Below, one piece after another: positions 1-9,084 of a stretch of DNA of 64,000 bases. A model generated the notes under the pieces. That model was not told the origin of the DNA and did not search any database. It worked only from the letters and a program-made list of their open reading frames with translations. Source of the stretch: Chloroflexota bacterium (lineage in GTDB: Bacteria; Chloroflexota; Limnocylindria; Limnocylindrales; CSP1-4). Where the stretch lies: positions 1,895 to 65,894 of the forward strand of contig JAJXUG010000014.1 in the NCBI GenBank assembly GCA_021783095.1, written 5' to 3'. Numbering within the stretch: position 1 is the first letter of the stretch; each line of letters begins with the position of its first letter. A program made the translations under genes and the position numbers.

Positions 1-724
1 CGACGTCAACCGGCTGATCCCGCTGTACGCGATCGGCGTGTTCACCTCGTTCACGCTGAGCCAATCGGGCATGGTCCGCCACTGGTGGACGGAGCGCGGT
101 CCCGGCTGGCGCAGGAGCGCAGTGATCAACGGCGTCGGCGCAATGGTGACGGCCGTGGTCGTCGTGATCTTTGCGATCGCCAAGTTCGCCCTCGGGGCCT
201 GGATCGTGCTGATCATCGTGCCCGTCATGGTCGTCGGCATGCTCCTCATCGGCCGCGAGTACCGCAGCGCGCAGGTCGAGCTGCACGTCCGGCCGGAGTC
301 TGTGATCGGGCCGCCCAGCCGCGGCCAGCGCGTCATCGTGCCGATGCAGGACATGCGCCGCGACGCGATCCAGGCGATCAAGCTTGGCCTGACGATGTCC
401 AAGAGCGTAGTCGCCGTTCACGTGACCGACGACCTCCACGCCGCCGAGCAGTTCCGGGCGCGCTTCGAGGAGCAGGTCCGCGGCGTGGACCTCGTGATCG
501 TCGAATCGCCGTACCGCGAGTTCGTGCGGCCGCTGATCCGGTACCTCGAGTTCACCGCCGAGAAGGACCCGTCAGTGGTGACGATCGTGCTGATCCCGGA
601 ACGGATCATCAAGCACTGGTGGGAGCGCTTCCTCTACAACCAGAGCGCCTACCGGCTGCGCGATGCGCTCACCGGGCACCCCGGGATCATCGTCGCCGAC
701 GTGCCGTTCCGGCGGCCACGATAG
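1..724 (+). CDS. APC-family permease, C-terminal part (5' end outside window), ending in a cytoplasmic tail of about 130 aa
   Basis: The in-frame reading from nt 2 gives DVNRLIPLYAIGVFTSFTLSQSGMVRHWW followed by two hydrophobic helices. This is typical of the last TM helices of amino-acid/polyamine permeases. The stop is at 722-724. Confidence 0.55.
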   Translation, partial: DVNRLIPLYAIGVFTSFTLSQSGMVRHWWTERGPGWRRSAVINGVGAMVTAVVVVIFAIAKFALGAWIVLIIVPVMVVGMLLIGREYRSAQVELHVRPESVIGPPSRGQRVIVPMQDMRRDAIQAIKLGLTMSKSVVAVHVTDDLHAAEQFRARFEEQVRGVDLVIVESPYREFVRPLIRYLEFTAEKDPSVVTIVLIPERIIKHWWERFLYNQSAYRLRDALTGHPGIIVADVPFRRPR

Positions 725-733
725 GGGCGCAGT

Positions 734-988
734 GTGATGGACAGCCTGACCGAGACCGCCGTCCGCGACGAGATCGACCGCGAGCTGCGCCTGATCGATG
801 ACGCGATCGCGCTGATCCGGGCGGGCGCCGCCGTTCGCGTGACCGTGGCCAACCTTCGGCTCGGGTCGAGCGTCCTCGAGGCGGCGAGGGCGCGGGCGGG
901 CCTCCACCGCCTTCGCGTGACGGCCGACTGGACGCCCGGGGACGAGGTCTGCGCGCTGGTCGTCGAGGCGGGGCCGCGCGATGGCTGA
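734..988 (+). CDS. hypothetical protein (84 aa), first gene of a 3-gene translationally coupled operon
   Basis: ORF with a GTG/ATG start at 734/737. Its stop overlaps the start of the next gene (ATGGCTGA). No recognisable motif. Confidence 0.45.
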   Translation: MMDSLTETAVRDEIDRELRLIDDAIALIRAGAAVRVTVANLRLGSSVLEAARARAGLHRLRVTADWTPGDEVCALVVEAGPRDG

Positions 989-1376
989 CGTGCCAGGCGC
1001 GGAGGGCCCGGGACCCGTGCTGCTGATCGAGGACGAGGACGTCCTGCGCGGGGCGCTGGCCGACGCGCTCCGCCGCCGCGGCGTCGCGACGGTGGACGTG
1101 GGCTCGGCCGAGGACGCGGCCGAGCGGCTGGCCGGCGGCCTCCGACCGGGGCTGGTGTTCCTGGACCTCAACCTGCCCGGCCGGAGCGGTTGGGACCTCC
1201 TCCGCGACGAGCTGGCCCCGACGCCGGGGCGCCCGCCGATCGTCCTGCTCACAGCGCTCACGGTGGACCCGGTGCGGCTCCGGCAGTACGACGTGGTCGG
1301 CTACCTGCCCAAGCCGTTCGCCCTGACGACCTTCCTCGCCACCGCGCATCGGTTCCTCGAGGGCGCCGCCCGATGA
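981..1376 (+). CDS. stand-alone response-regulator receiver (CheY-like REC) protein
   Basis: LLIEDEDVLRGAL...VFLDLNLPGRSGWDLL...LPKPF has the acidic pocket, the phospho-acceptor Asp and the conserved Lys of REC domains. There is no output domain. Its stop overlaps the next start (ATGA). Confidence 0.75.
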   Translation: MADVPGAEGPGPVLLIEDEDVLRGALADALRRRGVATVDVGSAEDAAERLAGGLRPGLVFLDLNLPGRSGWDLLRDELAPTPGRPPIVLLTALTVDPVRLRQYDVVGYLPKPFALTTFLATAHRFLEGAAR

Positions 1377-2482
1377 ACGCCGCGCAAGCCGAGTCCACCC
1401 CGCGGCCGCGCGGGCGCCTGCACGTGTATGCCGGCATGTGCGAGGGCGCCGGCGCGACCAGCCGGATGCTCGAGGAGGGGGCGCGTCTGCAGGCGTCCGG
1501 CACGGACGTCGTCCTGGGCGTGCTGGCCGGCGCCCCGAGCCCGAGGATCGCGTCCCTGGCCGAGGGGTTCGAGTGCGTGGCGGGCGCGTCGGTGGCATAC
1601 CGCGGGGTGACCGTGGAGGGCCTCGATGTCGCGGCGATCCTGGCCCGGCTGCCGGACGTGGCGCTGGTGGACGAGCTCTGGCGTCAGCACGCGCCCGGCC
1701 TGCGCCCCGCCACTCGGTGGGCGGCGGTCGAGGCGATCCGCGACGCGGGGATCGACGTGGTGGCGACGCTGGACCTGGGGCACCTCGCCTCGCTCGCGGA
1801 CGCTGCCGCGACGATCACGGGCGTCGCCGTCCACGAGCGGCTGCCGGACGCCGTGCTCGACGGCGCCGAGGACGTGGAACTGGTTGACGTCAGCCCGTCA
1901 ACGCTCCGGCGGCGCATCGCCGACGGCCAGGTGGTGGATCCCGAGCGTGCCGCAACGCTGCTTGACCGCGTCTACACCGTCGCGAACCTCGAGGCGCTGC
2001 GCGAGCTCGCGCTCCGCAGCCTCACGCGGCGCGTGGAGCGGGAGATCAGCGCCGACGGCGCTCCCGACGCGAGGATGCCAGCTGGGGCGATGGTCGTGCC
2101 GGTTGACGGTGGCCCAGGTGGGCGCGACGCCATCCGGCGAGCGGCGGCCCTGGCCGCTGCGCTGGGCCTCCCGCTGATGGCGGTGGTGGCCGAGGCGGGG
2201 ACGGTGTGGGCAGCCGATGGCGGCAATCCGTTCTCGGCGGTTGACGACCTCGAGCTGGCCCGGGACCTGGGAGCGGAGGTCCTGCCGGTCGCGGCGGCCG
2301 ACGCGGGCGCCGCACTCGTCGCGGCGTCCCGGCGCCTGCGGGCGGGTCACGCCGTCCTGCCGGCACGAACCTCGTCGCTCGGAGACCGGCTGCGGGGACG
2401 ATCGCTGGTGGAGCGACTGGCCGCGGCCGAGCCGAGCCTGGAGCTGCACCTCGTCCCGATCCGGGGCGAGGGGGGCGGCTGA
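1373..2482 (+). CDS. KdpD N-terminal sensor domain plus Usp-like domain protein (KdpD-N, no kinase core)
   Basis: GRLHVYAGMCEGAGATSRMLEEG...DVVATLDLGHLASLADAAATITGVAVHERLPDAVLDGAEDVELVDVSPSTLRRRIADGQVV aligns with the KdpD N-terminal (Walker-like) domain of E. coli KdpD. The C-terminal half is Usp-like. There is no TM, HisKA or HATPase region. Confidence 0.8.
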   Translation: MNAAQAESTPRPRGRLHVYAGMCEGAGATSRMLEEGARLQASGTDVVLGVLAGAPSPRIASLAEGFECVAGASVAYRGVTVEGLDVAAILARLPDVALVDELWRQHAPGLRPATRWAAVEAIRDAGIDVVATLDLGHLASLADAAATITGVAVHERLPDAVLDGAEDVELVDVSPSTLRRRIADGQVVDPERAATLLDRVYTVANLEALRELALRSLTRRVEREISADGAPDARMPAGAMVVPVDGGPGGRDAIRRAAALAAALGLPLMAVVAEAGTVWAADGGNPFSAVDDLELARDLGAEVLPVAAADAGAALVAASRRLRAGHAVLPARTSSLGDRLRGRSLVERLAAAEPSLELHLVPIRGEGGG

Positions 2483-2542
2483 CCGCGGGAAGGAGCACCG
2501 GCGGGCTCGTGGCCGGCCGCGTGCCCGGGCGCCGGTCCGGCG

Positions 2543-3250
2543 CTACTCGCCCCGCGGCTCGCGGACCCGGTAGCCGACGCCCGGCTCGGCCGCCACGAGG
2601 TCCTTCGCGTCGCCGTCCGGGTCGGCCGCCGCGAGCTTGCGGCGGAGCCGCGACACGTACACGTGGAGGTAGTGGCCCTCGTCGCTGTACGCGGTCCCCC
2701 AGACCGCCCGCAGCAGGCGCCCGCGGGTCAGCACGCGCCCGGGCGCGGCGAGCATCTGCTTGAGCAGCTCGTACTCGCGCGGGGTGAGGTCGAGCTCGCG
2801 CTCCCGCACGGTCACGACGCGCCTGGCAGGATCGAGCGCGATGGAGCCGTTGCGCAGCACGCCCGACGACTCGCCCGCCGGGCCGCCCGCCCGGCGCAGG
2901 AGCGCCACGATCCGGGCCCGCACCTCGCCGATCCCGTACGGCTTGGTCACGTAGTCGTCGGCGCCGGCCTCGAGCGCCTCGATCTTGTCGGTCTCGCGGC
3001 CGCGCGCGGAGAGCACGAGGATCGGCGTGGCGGCCTCGCGCCGCACGCGGCGGATGACGGTGATCCCGTCGAGGTCCGGCAGTCCCAGGTCGAGCACGAT
3101 GAGGTCGGGCCGGGCTGCGTCCCAGGAGCGCAGGGCGGCGGCGGCGTCCTCGGCCTCGACCACCACGTACCCGTGGCCTGTCAGGTTCTGCGCCACTGCC
3201 TCGCGCGCGACGGGATCGTCCTCCACCAGCAGCACGTGCGCCCCGCTCAA
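2543..3250 (-). CDS. kdpE: OmpR-family response regulator, KdpE-like
   Basis: REC (VLLVEDDP...LIVLDLGLPDLDG...TKPY) plus a winged-helix trans_reg_C domain (LTPREYELL...YLHVYVSRLRRKL). Its start overlaps the stop of the upstream kinase gene by 4 nt (ATGA), as in kdpDE. Confidence 0.8.
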   Translation of the reverse strand: MSGAHVLLVEDDPVAREAVAQNLTGHGYVVVEAEDAAAALRSWDAARPDLIVLDLGLPDLDGITVIRRVRREAATPILVLSARGRETDKIEALEAGADDYVTKPYGIGEVRARIVALLRRAGGPAGESSGVLRNGSIALDPARRVVTVRERELDLTPREYELLKQMLAAPGRVLTRGRLLRAVWGTAYSDEGHYLHVYVSRLRRKLAAADPDGDAKDLVAAEPGVGYRVREPRGE

Positions 3251-4818
3251 CGGGCGTCCTCCTCGGGTGCCGCGGGCAGGCGGATCCGGACCCCGAGGCC
3301 GCCGAGGTCGCTCGCTTCGGCCGAGATCGTGCCACCCATCGCCTCGACGAACCCCTTCGCGATCGCGAGGCCGAGGCCCATGCCGTGGCGGCCCGCCTCC
3401 TGGCCGACCTGGACGCGGTAGAAGCGGTCGAACAGGTGCGGCAGCGCGTCCTCGGGGACGCCGGGTCCACCGTCGTCGACCGCGAGCACCACCCAGCCTG
3501 ACGCGGGCGTGTCCCCCGACACCCGGATCCGCGCCTCGGCGGGAGTGTGGGCCTCCGCGTTCTCGATCACGTTCCCCAGCGCCACGTCCGCGAGCACCGC
3601 GTCGGCAAGCACCGGCGGCAGGTCGTCGGGGACGGCCACCTCGATCGGGCGCCTCGACCCGGCCGACGGATGGTGCCGGAGCGTCGTCTCGACCAGCTCG
3701 GCGAGATCGTACGGCCGGAGGTCCGCGCGGATGCCCCCGGCCTGGATGCGCCCCATGTCGAGCAGCCCATTGACCAGGTCGCCGAGGCGCGCGCCCTCGG
3801 CGTCGATCTTCTCGGCGGTGGACCGGACGTCCGGCGCCTCGAGGCCCGGCGCGGCGTCGGCCAGGCCGCCGGCCAGGGCGCGGATGCTCGCGATCGGCGT
3901 CCGCAGGTCGTGGGAGACCGAATCGAGGATCGCGCCGCGCAGGGCGTCGCTCTGGCGCGCGACTTCAGCGGCGGTGAGCTCAGCGCGGAGCCTGTCGCGG
4001 CGGTGGGCAAGGGCGAGCTGGTCCGCGGCCAGGGCGAGGAGCCGGCGGGCGCCTCGACCCGGGCGCGGCTCGCCGGCGAGCCGGGTGGCGTGGATCCAGC
4101 CCGCCCGCTTGTCGCCGGCATCAATCGACACCAGATAATGGGCGGGCTCGCCCTCCTTGTCGCTCACCACGGTCGCGCCCGCGTGGAGGCGGAGCCACTC
4201 GGTGGTGTCGTCGGGGTCCGAGCGGACGAGCGTCCAGGGGCTGCCCGGGTCGGCTGGCGGGGTCAGGCCAGTCCACGCGACGGCGCGGCCCGGCCCATCG
4301 GCCACCTCCACCCAGACTTCGTCCATCTCGCCGTCGGCCTGGAGCCGGAGCGCGATGTCAGCCGCGGCCTCCTCGAACGTCGCGGCCATCGCCACGTCGC
4401 GGCTCATCGCCACCAGCGCCACGCCCTCGCGGACGCGGCGGTCCGCCTCCTCCGCACGGTCGCGCTGGAGCGACGCGAGGCGGCCGATCACCACGGCGAC
4501 GATGAGGAACAGCAGCAGGCTCAGCCACTCGGCGAAGTCCGAGACCGAGAGCGTGAACCGGGGCGACGTGAACAGGAAGTCGTAGACCACGAACGAGACC
4601 GCCGACGTCGCGACGGCGGCCCACGTGCCGAGCACGCTCGCCGCCAGCACGACCGCGACGAGGTAGACCGGCGACGCGTCCTGCACGCCGAGACCCTGCT
4701 CGAGGCCCACTGCCGCGAGCGTGGCCAGTGCGATGCCCAGCGCCACCAGACCGATGCGCAGGGCGAGTTCGCCTGCGGTGGCCTCGTCCCGTGTCGGGCC
4801 GCGGGGCGAGGCCGTCAT
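3247..4818 (-). CDS. sensor histidine kinase corresponding to the KdpD C-terminal half (4-TM, GAF-like, HisKA, HATPase)
   Basis: The TM block VYLVAVVLAASVLG...FVVYDFLFTSPRFTLSVSDFAEWLS matches the KdpD membrane domain. The H-box is SHDLRTPIASI, and G-boxes are present at the C-terminus. The alternative upstream start at 4905 is less likely. Confidence 0.8.
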   Translation of the reverse strand: MTASPRGPTRDEATAGELALRIGLVALGIALATLAAVGLEQGLGVQDASPVYLVAVVLAASVLGTWAAVATSAVSFVVYDFLFTSPRFTLSVSDFAEWLSLLLFLIVAVVIGRLASLQRDRAEEADRRVREGVALVAMSRDVAMAATFEEAAADIALRLQADGEMDEVWVEVADGPGRAVAWTGLTPPADPGSPWTLVRSDPDDTTEWLRLHAGATVVSDKEGEPAHYLVSIDAGDKRAGWIHATRLAGEPRPGRGARRLLALAADQLALAHRRDRLRAELTAAEVARQSDALRGAILDSVSHDLRTPIASIRALAGGLADAAPGLEAPDVRSTAEKIDAEGARLGDLVNGLLDMGRIQAGGIRADLRPYDLAELVETTLRHHPSAGSRRPIEVAVPDDLPPVLADAVLADVALGNVIENAEAHTPAEARIRVSGDTPASGWVVLAVDDGGPGVPEDALPHLFDRFYRVQVGQEAGRHGMGLGLAIAKGFVEAMGGTISAEASDLGGLGVRIRLPAAPEEDAR

Positions 4819-4977
4819 CTCCGGGATGCTCGCTGTGTTCCCACGGCTTCGCAGCCTAGCGCGACGTCGGCCGCCGCGCCGGGTCGCTGCGTCCTGCCGG
4901 CGCACTCATCAGGTGGGTGGTCAACGACCAACGCCCGCCGAGGAGCCTCGAAACGCGCGGATTCCTGCCGTGACACC

Positions 4978-4998
4978 CGCTGTACGAGTGTTACAGCG
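4978..4998. promoter_or_regulatory. 7-bp inverted repeat CGCTGTA-N7-TACAGCG (HAD terminator and/or operator upstream of kdpE-HK)
   Basis: A perfect palindrome read directly from the sequence, lying between the HAD 3' end and the kinase start. Confidence 0.35.
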
Positions 4999-5050
4999 AG
5001 TTTCCCGTCGCGAACCCGGATTGCACCCACCGCAGGGGTGCCCGGCGGGC

Positions 5051-5752
5051 TCAGCCCAGGGCGATCTCCGCGAACGACCGCATGTCCGGGCAGACCAGAT
5101 CGGGCGTCGCCTCGGCCGGGGGCGTGGCGCCGAAGCCCGGCTTGTCGTGGCGCCGGTCGATCCAGACCGTCGTCATGCCCAGCGCCTTGGCCGGGACGTG
5201 GTCGTGGAACAGGCTCTGGGCCACGTGGAGGATCCGCTCGCGGGGCACGTCCACGCGAGCGAACAGCGCCTCGAAGTTGGCCGGGCGCGGCTTGTACCCG
5301 CGGGCCTGCTGGGCGGTGACGACCCAGTCGAAGTCCACGCCGAGCCGTCGGTTCGAGCCCGCGAACAGGTCGTCGTCGCAGTTGGTCAGCACGCCGAGCC
5401 TGAAGCGCGCCTTGAGCTTGCGCAGCGCGGCGGCCGAGTCGGCGAACGCCGGCCAGTCGCCCACCGAGGCCGAGAAGGCGGCGATGGCCGCGTCGCCCGG
5501 GTCAACGCCCAGGCCCGCGCAGACGCCCTGCGCCGCGCTCGCCAGCACCTCGCGGTACGTGCGATACACGCCGCGCTCGATCGCCTCCTCGTGCTTCGCG
5601 TAGAGCGCGAGGAGCTCGTCGTCGGTGGCGGTCACGTCATCGCGCGAGAGCACCAGCTGGAACGCGTTGAGGATCCCGCGCTCCCAGTCGATGAGCGTGC
5701 CGTAGCAGTCGAAGGTGAGGGCGTCGAACTGGCTGAAGTCGATGGGGCTCAT
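5051..5752 (-). CDS. haloacid dehalogenase type II (HAD superfamily hydrolase)
   Basis: The N-terminal FDCYGTLIDWE nucleophile motif and overall L-2-haloacid dehalogenase-like sequence. Confidence 0.8.
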   Translation of the reverse strand: MSPIDFSQFDALTFDCYGTLIDWERGILNAFQLVLSRDDVTATDDELLALYAKHEEAIERGVYRTYREVLASAAQGVCAGLGVDPGDAAIAAFSASVGDWPAFADSAAALRKLKARFRLGVLTNCDDDLFAGSNRRLGVDFDWVVTAQQARGYKPRPANFEALFARVDVPRERILHVAQSLFHDHVPAKALGMTTVWIDRRHDKPGFGATPPAEATPDLVCPDMRSFAEIALG

Positions 5753-5759
5753 GGCGCGA

Positions 5760-6090
5760 TGCTACAGGCGTCGGGGATGCGCCGGTCACCCGGATGCGCC
5801 GGTCGCCGAGCCGCACCGATTTCCCCAAAGGCTCGCGGTGCGGTCCTTATCCGCGTCGAAATCGCCGGATGCTCGTGGGGGCGGTCATCTGCGCACAATC
5901 TGCACCAAGAAACCGCCGCATGACCACCGTGCGGTCCCAATCCAGGAAGTCCTTGGCGAAGGACCGCACACACGGTCATCTGCGGGAAACGCGTCGCGGA
6001 CGCATGCGTGCGCAGCGGTCGACCACGACGTATTGGGGCAGACGGCCACCCGGAGTGACCGCAGCACGGTCATCTGCGCAGAAGTTGCTC
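5760..6090. repeat. 330-nt non-coding region with three copies of CACGGTCATCTGCG(C/G), a tandem GGATGCGCCGGTC repeat and several palindromes
   Basis: Direct repeats at about 5868, 5952 and 6066. The tandem repeat is at 5766/5783. A hairpin TGCGGTCC-N23-GGACCGCA is at about 5911-5958. A GCGTCGCGGACGC palindrome is at about 5990. Confidence 0.5.
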
Positions 6091-6608
6091 TACGCGTTGG
6101 GCGGTTGCGCCCGCAGCCGAGGCTCCGGACCCTGAGCCGCCTCGATCGCCACCCGGAGCTCCTCCAGCTCGTGCGCGTACTCGTCATCCGGCATCGGCGG
6201 CCATTCCTGGTCGGCCATCATGAACCGCGGCGGGCGGCCGGGATCGGGGTCGTCGGTGTAGCGGGGCACGATGTGCGTGTGGAGGTGCGGGAGGCCGTTC
6301 CCGAGCGTGAGGTAGTTGAGCTTGACCGGGTGGTACGCCCGCTCGATGCCGAGCGAGACCAGGCGCACCTCGCTCGCGAAGGCGGACGCCTCCTCGTCTG
6401 TCAGGTCGGTTGGGTCGGCGGCATGGCGGCCCCGCCAGAAGACCAGGGTGTAGCCCCGGGCAGCCAGGTCGCGGTTGAGGTACGCGTCCGACACGCGACC
6501 GGCGAAGACGCGCCGGCCGTTCGGGATCTGGTCGGGGCGGCCCTCCCGGCAAGCGAGGCAGCCGACACCCCGTCTGCGGTCCTCCCAGTCGTCGGGCCAA
6601 GTTCTCAT
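6090..6608 (-). CDS. HIT-family (histidine triad) hydrolase
   Basis: HLHTHIVPRY histidine-triad motif. A GGAGGG RBS lies 5 nt before the ATG at 6608. A longer ORF to 6683 is possible. Confidence 0.7.
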   Translation of the reverse strand: MRTWPDDWEDRRRGVGCLACREGRPDQIPNGRRVFAGRVSDAYLNRDLAARGYTLVFWRGRHAADPTDLTDEEASAFASEVRLVSLGIERAYHPVKLNYLTLGNGLPHLHTHIVPRYTDDPDPGRPPRFMMADQEWPPMPDDEYAHELEELRVAIEAAQGPEPRLRAQPPNA

Positions 6609-6737
6609 TGAGCCCTCCAGCGCGGTGCTATCGCCGACAGATCGTCTGCAGCATGAGGACCCGTGATCGGAACAGAGGCACACGCCGAATCGGTGGCGAA
6701 CCCGGCCGCCAACGGCCCACGCCCCGCACCGCCGTCA

Positions 6738-7622
6738 TCAGCCCGCCAGCGCCCCCGCGATCGCGGCCACATGCGCCGCAGTCGTCCCGCAGCAGCCGCC
6801 GACGATCGTGGCGCCCAGATCGGCCACGCGCCGGGCGTAGGCCGCCGCCTCCTCGGGCGTGCCCGGGTATGTGGTCACGCCCTCGGCCGTCCCCGACGGG
6901 ATGCCCGCGTTCGCCTTGGCCACGATGTGGAGGCCCGGCGCGTGCGCGGCCAGGATCGGGATCACGGCCTCGACCGGCGCCCAGCCGTCGCCGCAGTTGG
7001 CGCCGATCCCCGCCACGCCCAGCGCCACGAGCTTGTCGGCTGCCTCCTCCGCGGGGTTGCCGAACATGGTCCGGTTGCGCGCGGCGAACACGAGGGTGCA
7101 GACCACCGGCAGCCCCGGCGCGCCCTCCCTGGCGCCCTCGACGGCGGCGATCGCCTCGTTGAGGTCCATCATCGTCTCGACCCAGATCACGTCCACGCCC
7201 GCCTCGGCGAGCGCGACGGCCTCCTGCGCGTAGGCGGCGCGGACCTCGCCCGGGTCGAGCAGCCCGTACGGGATCATCAGGCCGCCGGTCGGGCCCATCG
7301 AGCCCGCCACGAGGCGATCCGGACCAGCGGCCGAGCGCGCCACGGCCACCGCAGCACGGCAGACGTCCGCCGTCCGGCCCGCGATCTCCGAGTCGCCGAT
7401 GCGAATGGCGTTGGCGCCGAACGTCGAGGTCAGGACAAGGCCCGAGCCCGCCTCGACATGGCTGCGGTGCACGCCCTCGATCATCGCGGCGCCGTCCGGG
7501 GTCAGCAGCCACGCCTCGGGGGACTCCCCCACCGGCATGCCGGCGCTGAACAGGGCGGTGCCCATCGCGCCATCGGCGATGAGCGGGCGGGCGAGTGACG
7601 AGGGCGCGGGCAGGGTGGGCAT
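6738..7622 (-). CDS. homocysteine S-methyltransferase family protein (MmuM/BHMT-like)
   Basis: Pfam S-methyl_trans features: the N-terminal ADGAMGT motif and the C-terminal zinc-site GGCCGTTAAH. Confidence 0.8.
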   Translation of the reverse strand: MPTLPAPSSLARPLIADGAMGTALFSAGMPVGESPEAWLLTPDGAAMIEGVHRSHVEAGSGLVLTSTFGANAIRIGDSEIAGRTADVCRAAVAVARSAAGPDRLVAGSMGPTGGLMIPYGLLDPGEVRAAYAQEAVALAEAGVDVIWVETMMDLNEAIAAVEGAREGAPGLPVVCTLVFAARNRTMFGNPAEEAADKLVALGVAGIGANCGDGWAPVEAVIPILAAHAPGLHIVAKANAGIPSGTAEGVTTYPGTPEEAAAYARRVADLGATIVGGCCGTTAAHVAAIAGALAG

Positions 7623-7681
7623 GGCGCGAGCATCCGGTGTCGAAGGGCGCGAGTCAAGGACCGGATGAGACGCCCTCGGGA

Positions 7682-7712
7682 ATCACGACGGCCGGCCCCC
7701 GGGGGAGCCGGC
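7682..7712 (-). terminator. stem-loop GACGGCCGGC/GCCGGCCGTC just 3' of the aminotransferase gene
   Basis: A perfect 10-bp GC-rich inverted repeat with a palindromic loop. There is no U-tract, which is typical for high-GC genomes. Confidence 0.45.
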
Positions 7713-7749
7713 CGTCGCCGTCAGTCGCGAGCGCCGCTGGCGCCGCGGA

Positions 7750-9084
7750 TCAGCCCTTGACGGCCTGGTCCGCGATGTCGAGCGCCCGATCGATGATGTC
7801 GAATCCCTCGGCCAGCTGCTGCTCGTTGATGCACAGCGGCGGGTTGGTGTGGATCGAGTTGTTCGAGATCATGGTGTACAGCCCATTCTCGCGGAAGAAC
7901 TTGCCGATCGCCTTCATCTCGTCGCTGGTGCCGTTGAACGGCGTGATCGGCGTCCACGGGTCCTGCGAGCGGACGAGGTCCAAGATCCCGAACAGGCCGA
8001 TGCTGCGGTGCGCGCCCACCGATGGGTGCTTCGCGGCCAGCGCCTCGTGGTGCCGGCGCATGACCTCGCCCATCCGGGCCGAGTTGCCGATGAGGTCGTC
8101 CTCCTCGTAGACCTTGATCGTCGCCAGCGATGCCGCGAGCGAGACCGGGTGCGACGAGTACGTCAGGCCGCCGTAGAACATCCTGGTGTCCATGGCCTCG
8201 GCGATCTTGCCGTTCATGGCCACCGCGCCCAGCGGCAGGTAGGACGACGTCAGGCCCTTGGCCATCGTCATGAGGTCGGGCACGACGTCCCAGTGGTCCA
8301 CGGCGAACCAGCGACCGGTCCGGCCGAAGCCCGCCATCACCTCGTCGGCGACCATCATGATCCCGTACTTGTCGCACAGGTCCCGGACGCCCCGCAGGTA
8401 CCCGTCGGGCGGGATGAGGATGCCGTTGGTGCCGACGACAGTCTCGAGGAAGATCGCGGCGATCGTGTGCGCGCCCTCGTACTTGATGACGTCCTCGAGG
8501 CCGTTGAGCGCCTCCTCGGCCGGCCGCGGCTCCTTCTCGCCCCAGCGGTGCGTGTCGGGGTAGCGCACGACGCCGACGATGCCGGGCTCGTTGGCCCAGC
8601 GGCGGTAGTCGCCCGTGAGCGTCATCGCGCCGGCGGTCGCGCCGTGGTAGGCGCGGTACCGGGCGAGCAGCTTGTACTTGCCGGTCACGTGGCGCGCGAG
8701 CTTGATCGCGTTCTCGACGGCCTCCGCGCCGCCGAGCGTGAAGAACACCTTGTTCATGTCGCCCGGCAGGATCTCGGCCAGCTTGGCGCCGAGCCGGGCG
8801 CGGATCTCGGTGGCGAACGCGGGCTGGACGAACTGGAGCTTGGACGCCTGCTCGTTGATGGCGTCGATGACGCGCCGGTCGCCGTGGCCGATGTTGACCG
8901 ACATCAACTGCGCGTTGAAGTCGAGGATCCGCCGGCCCTCGGGCGTGTAGAGGTAGACGCCCTCGGCACGGTCGATCGCGAGCGGATCGAGCTGGCCCTG
9001 GATGGACCAGCTGAACATGGTGTGCGCGCGGGACAGCGAGACGATCTCCTCGCTGGTCATGCGCGGCGCGGCGCTGATGCCCAT
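7750..9084 (-). CDS. class III pyridoxal-phosphate aminotransferase (omega-amino acid/beta-alanine:pyruvate or diaminobutyrate transaminase type)
   Basis: Aminotran_3 hallmarks: GGAEAVENAIKLAR, ADEVMAGFGRTGRWFA, TMAKGLTSSYLPLGA (the PLP lysine) and YSSHP. A GGAGG RBS precedes the ATG at 9084. Confidence 0.85.
   Translation of the reverse strand: MGISAAPRMTSEEIVSLSRAHTMFSWSIQGQLDPLAIDRAEGVYLYTPEGRRILDFNAQLMSVNIGHGDRRVIDAINEQASKLQFVQPAFATEIRARLGAKLAEILPGDMNKVFFTLGGAEAVENAIKLARHVTGKYKLLARYRAYHGATAGAMTLTGDYRRWANEPGIVGVVRYPDTHRWGEKEPRPAEEALNGLEDVIKYEGAHTIAAIFLETVVGTNGILIPPDGYLRGVRDLCDKYGIMMVADEVMAGFGRTGRWFAVDHWDVVPDLMTMAKGLTSSYLPLGAVAMNGKIAEAMDTRMFYGGLTYSSHPVSLAASLATIKVYEEDDLIGNSARMGEVMRRHHEALAAKHPSVGAHRSIGLFGILDLVRSQDPWTPITPFNGTSDEMKAIGKFFRENGLYTMISNNSIHTNPPLCINEQQLAEGFDIIDRALDIADQAVKG

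Noticed and set aside
1-724. Assignment of the first partial gene as a Kup/Trk potassium transporter, suggested by its adjacency to the Kdp regulators
   Set aside because: The LIPLYAIGVF...SQSGMV block fits APC amino-acid permease terminal helices. It does not fit Kup or TrkH motifs.
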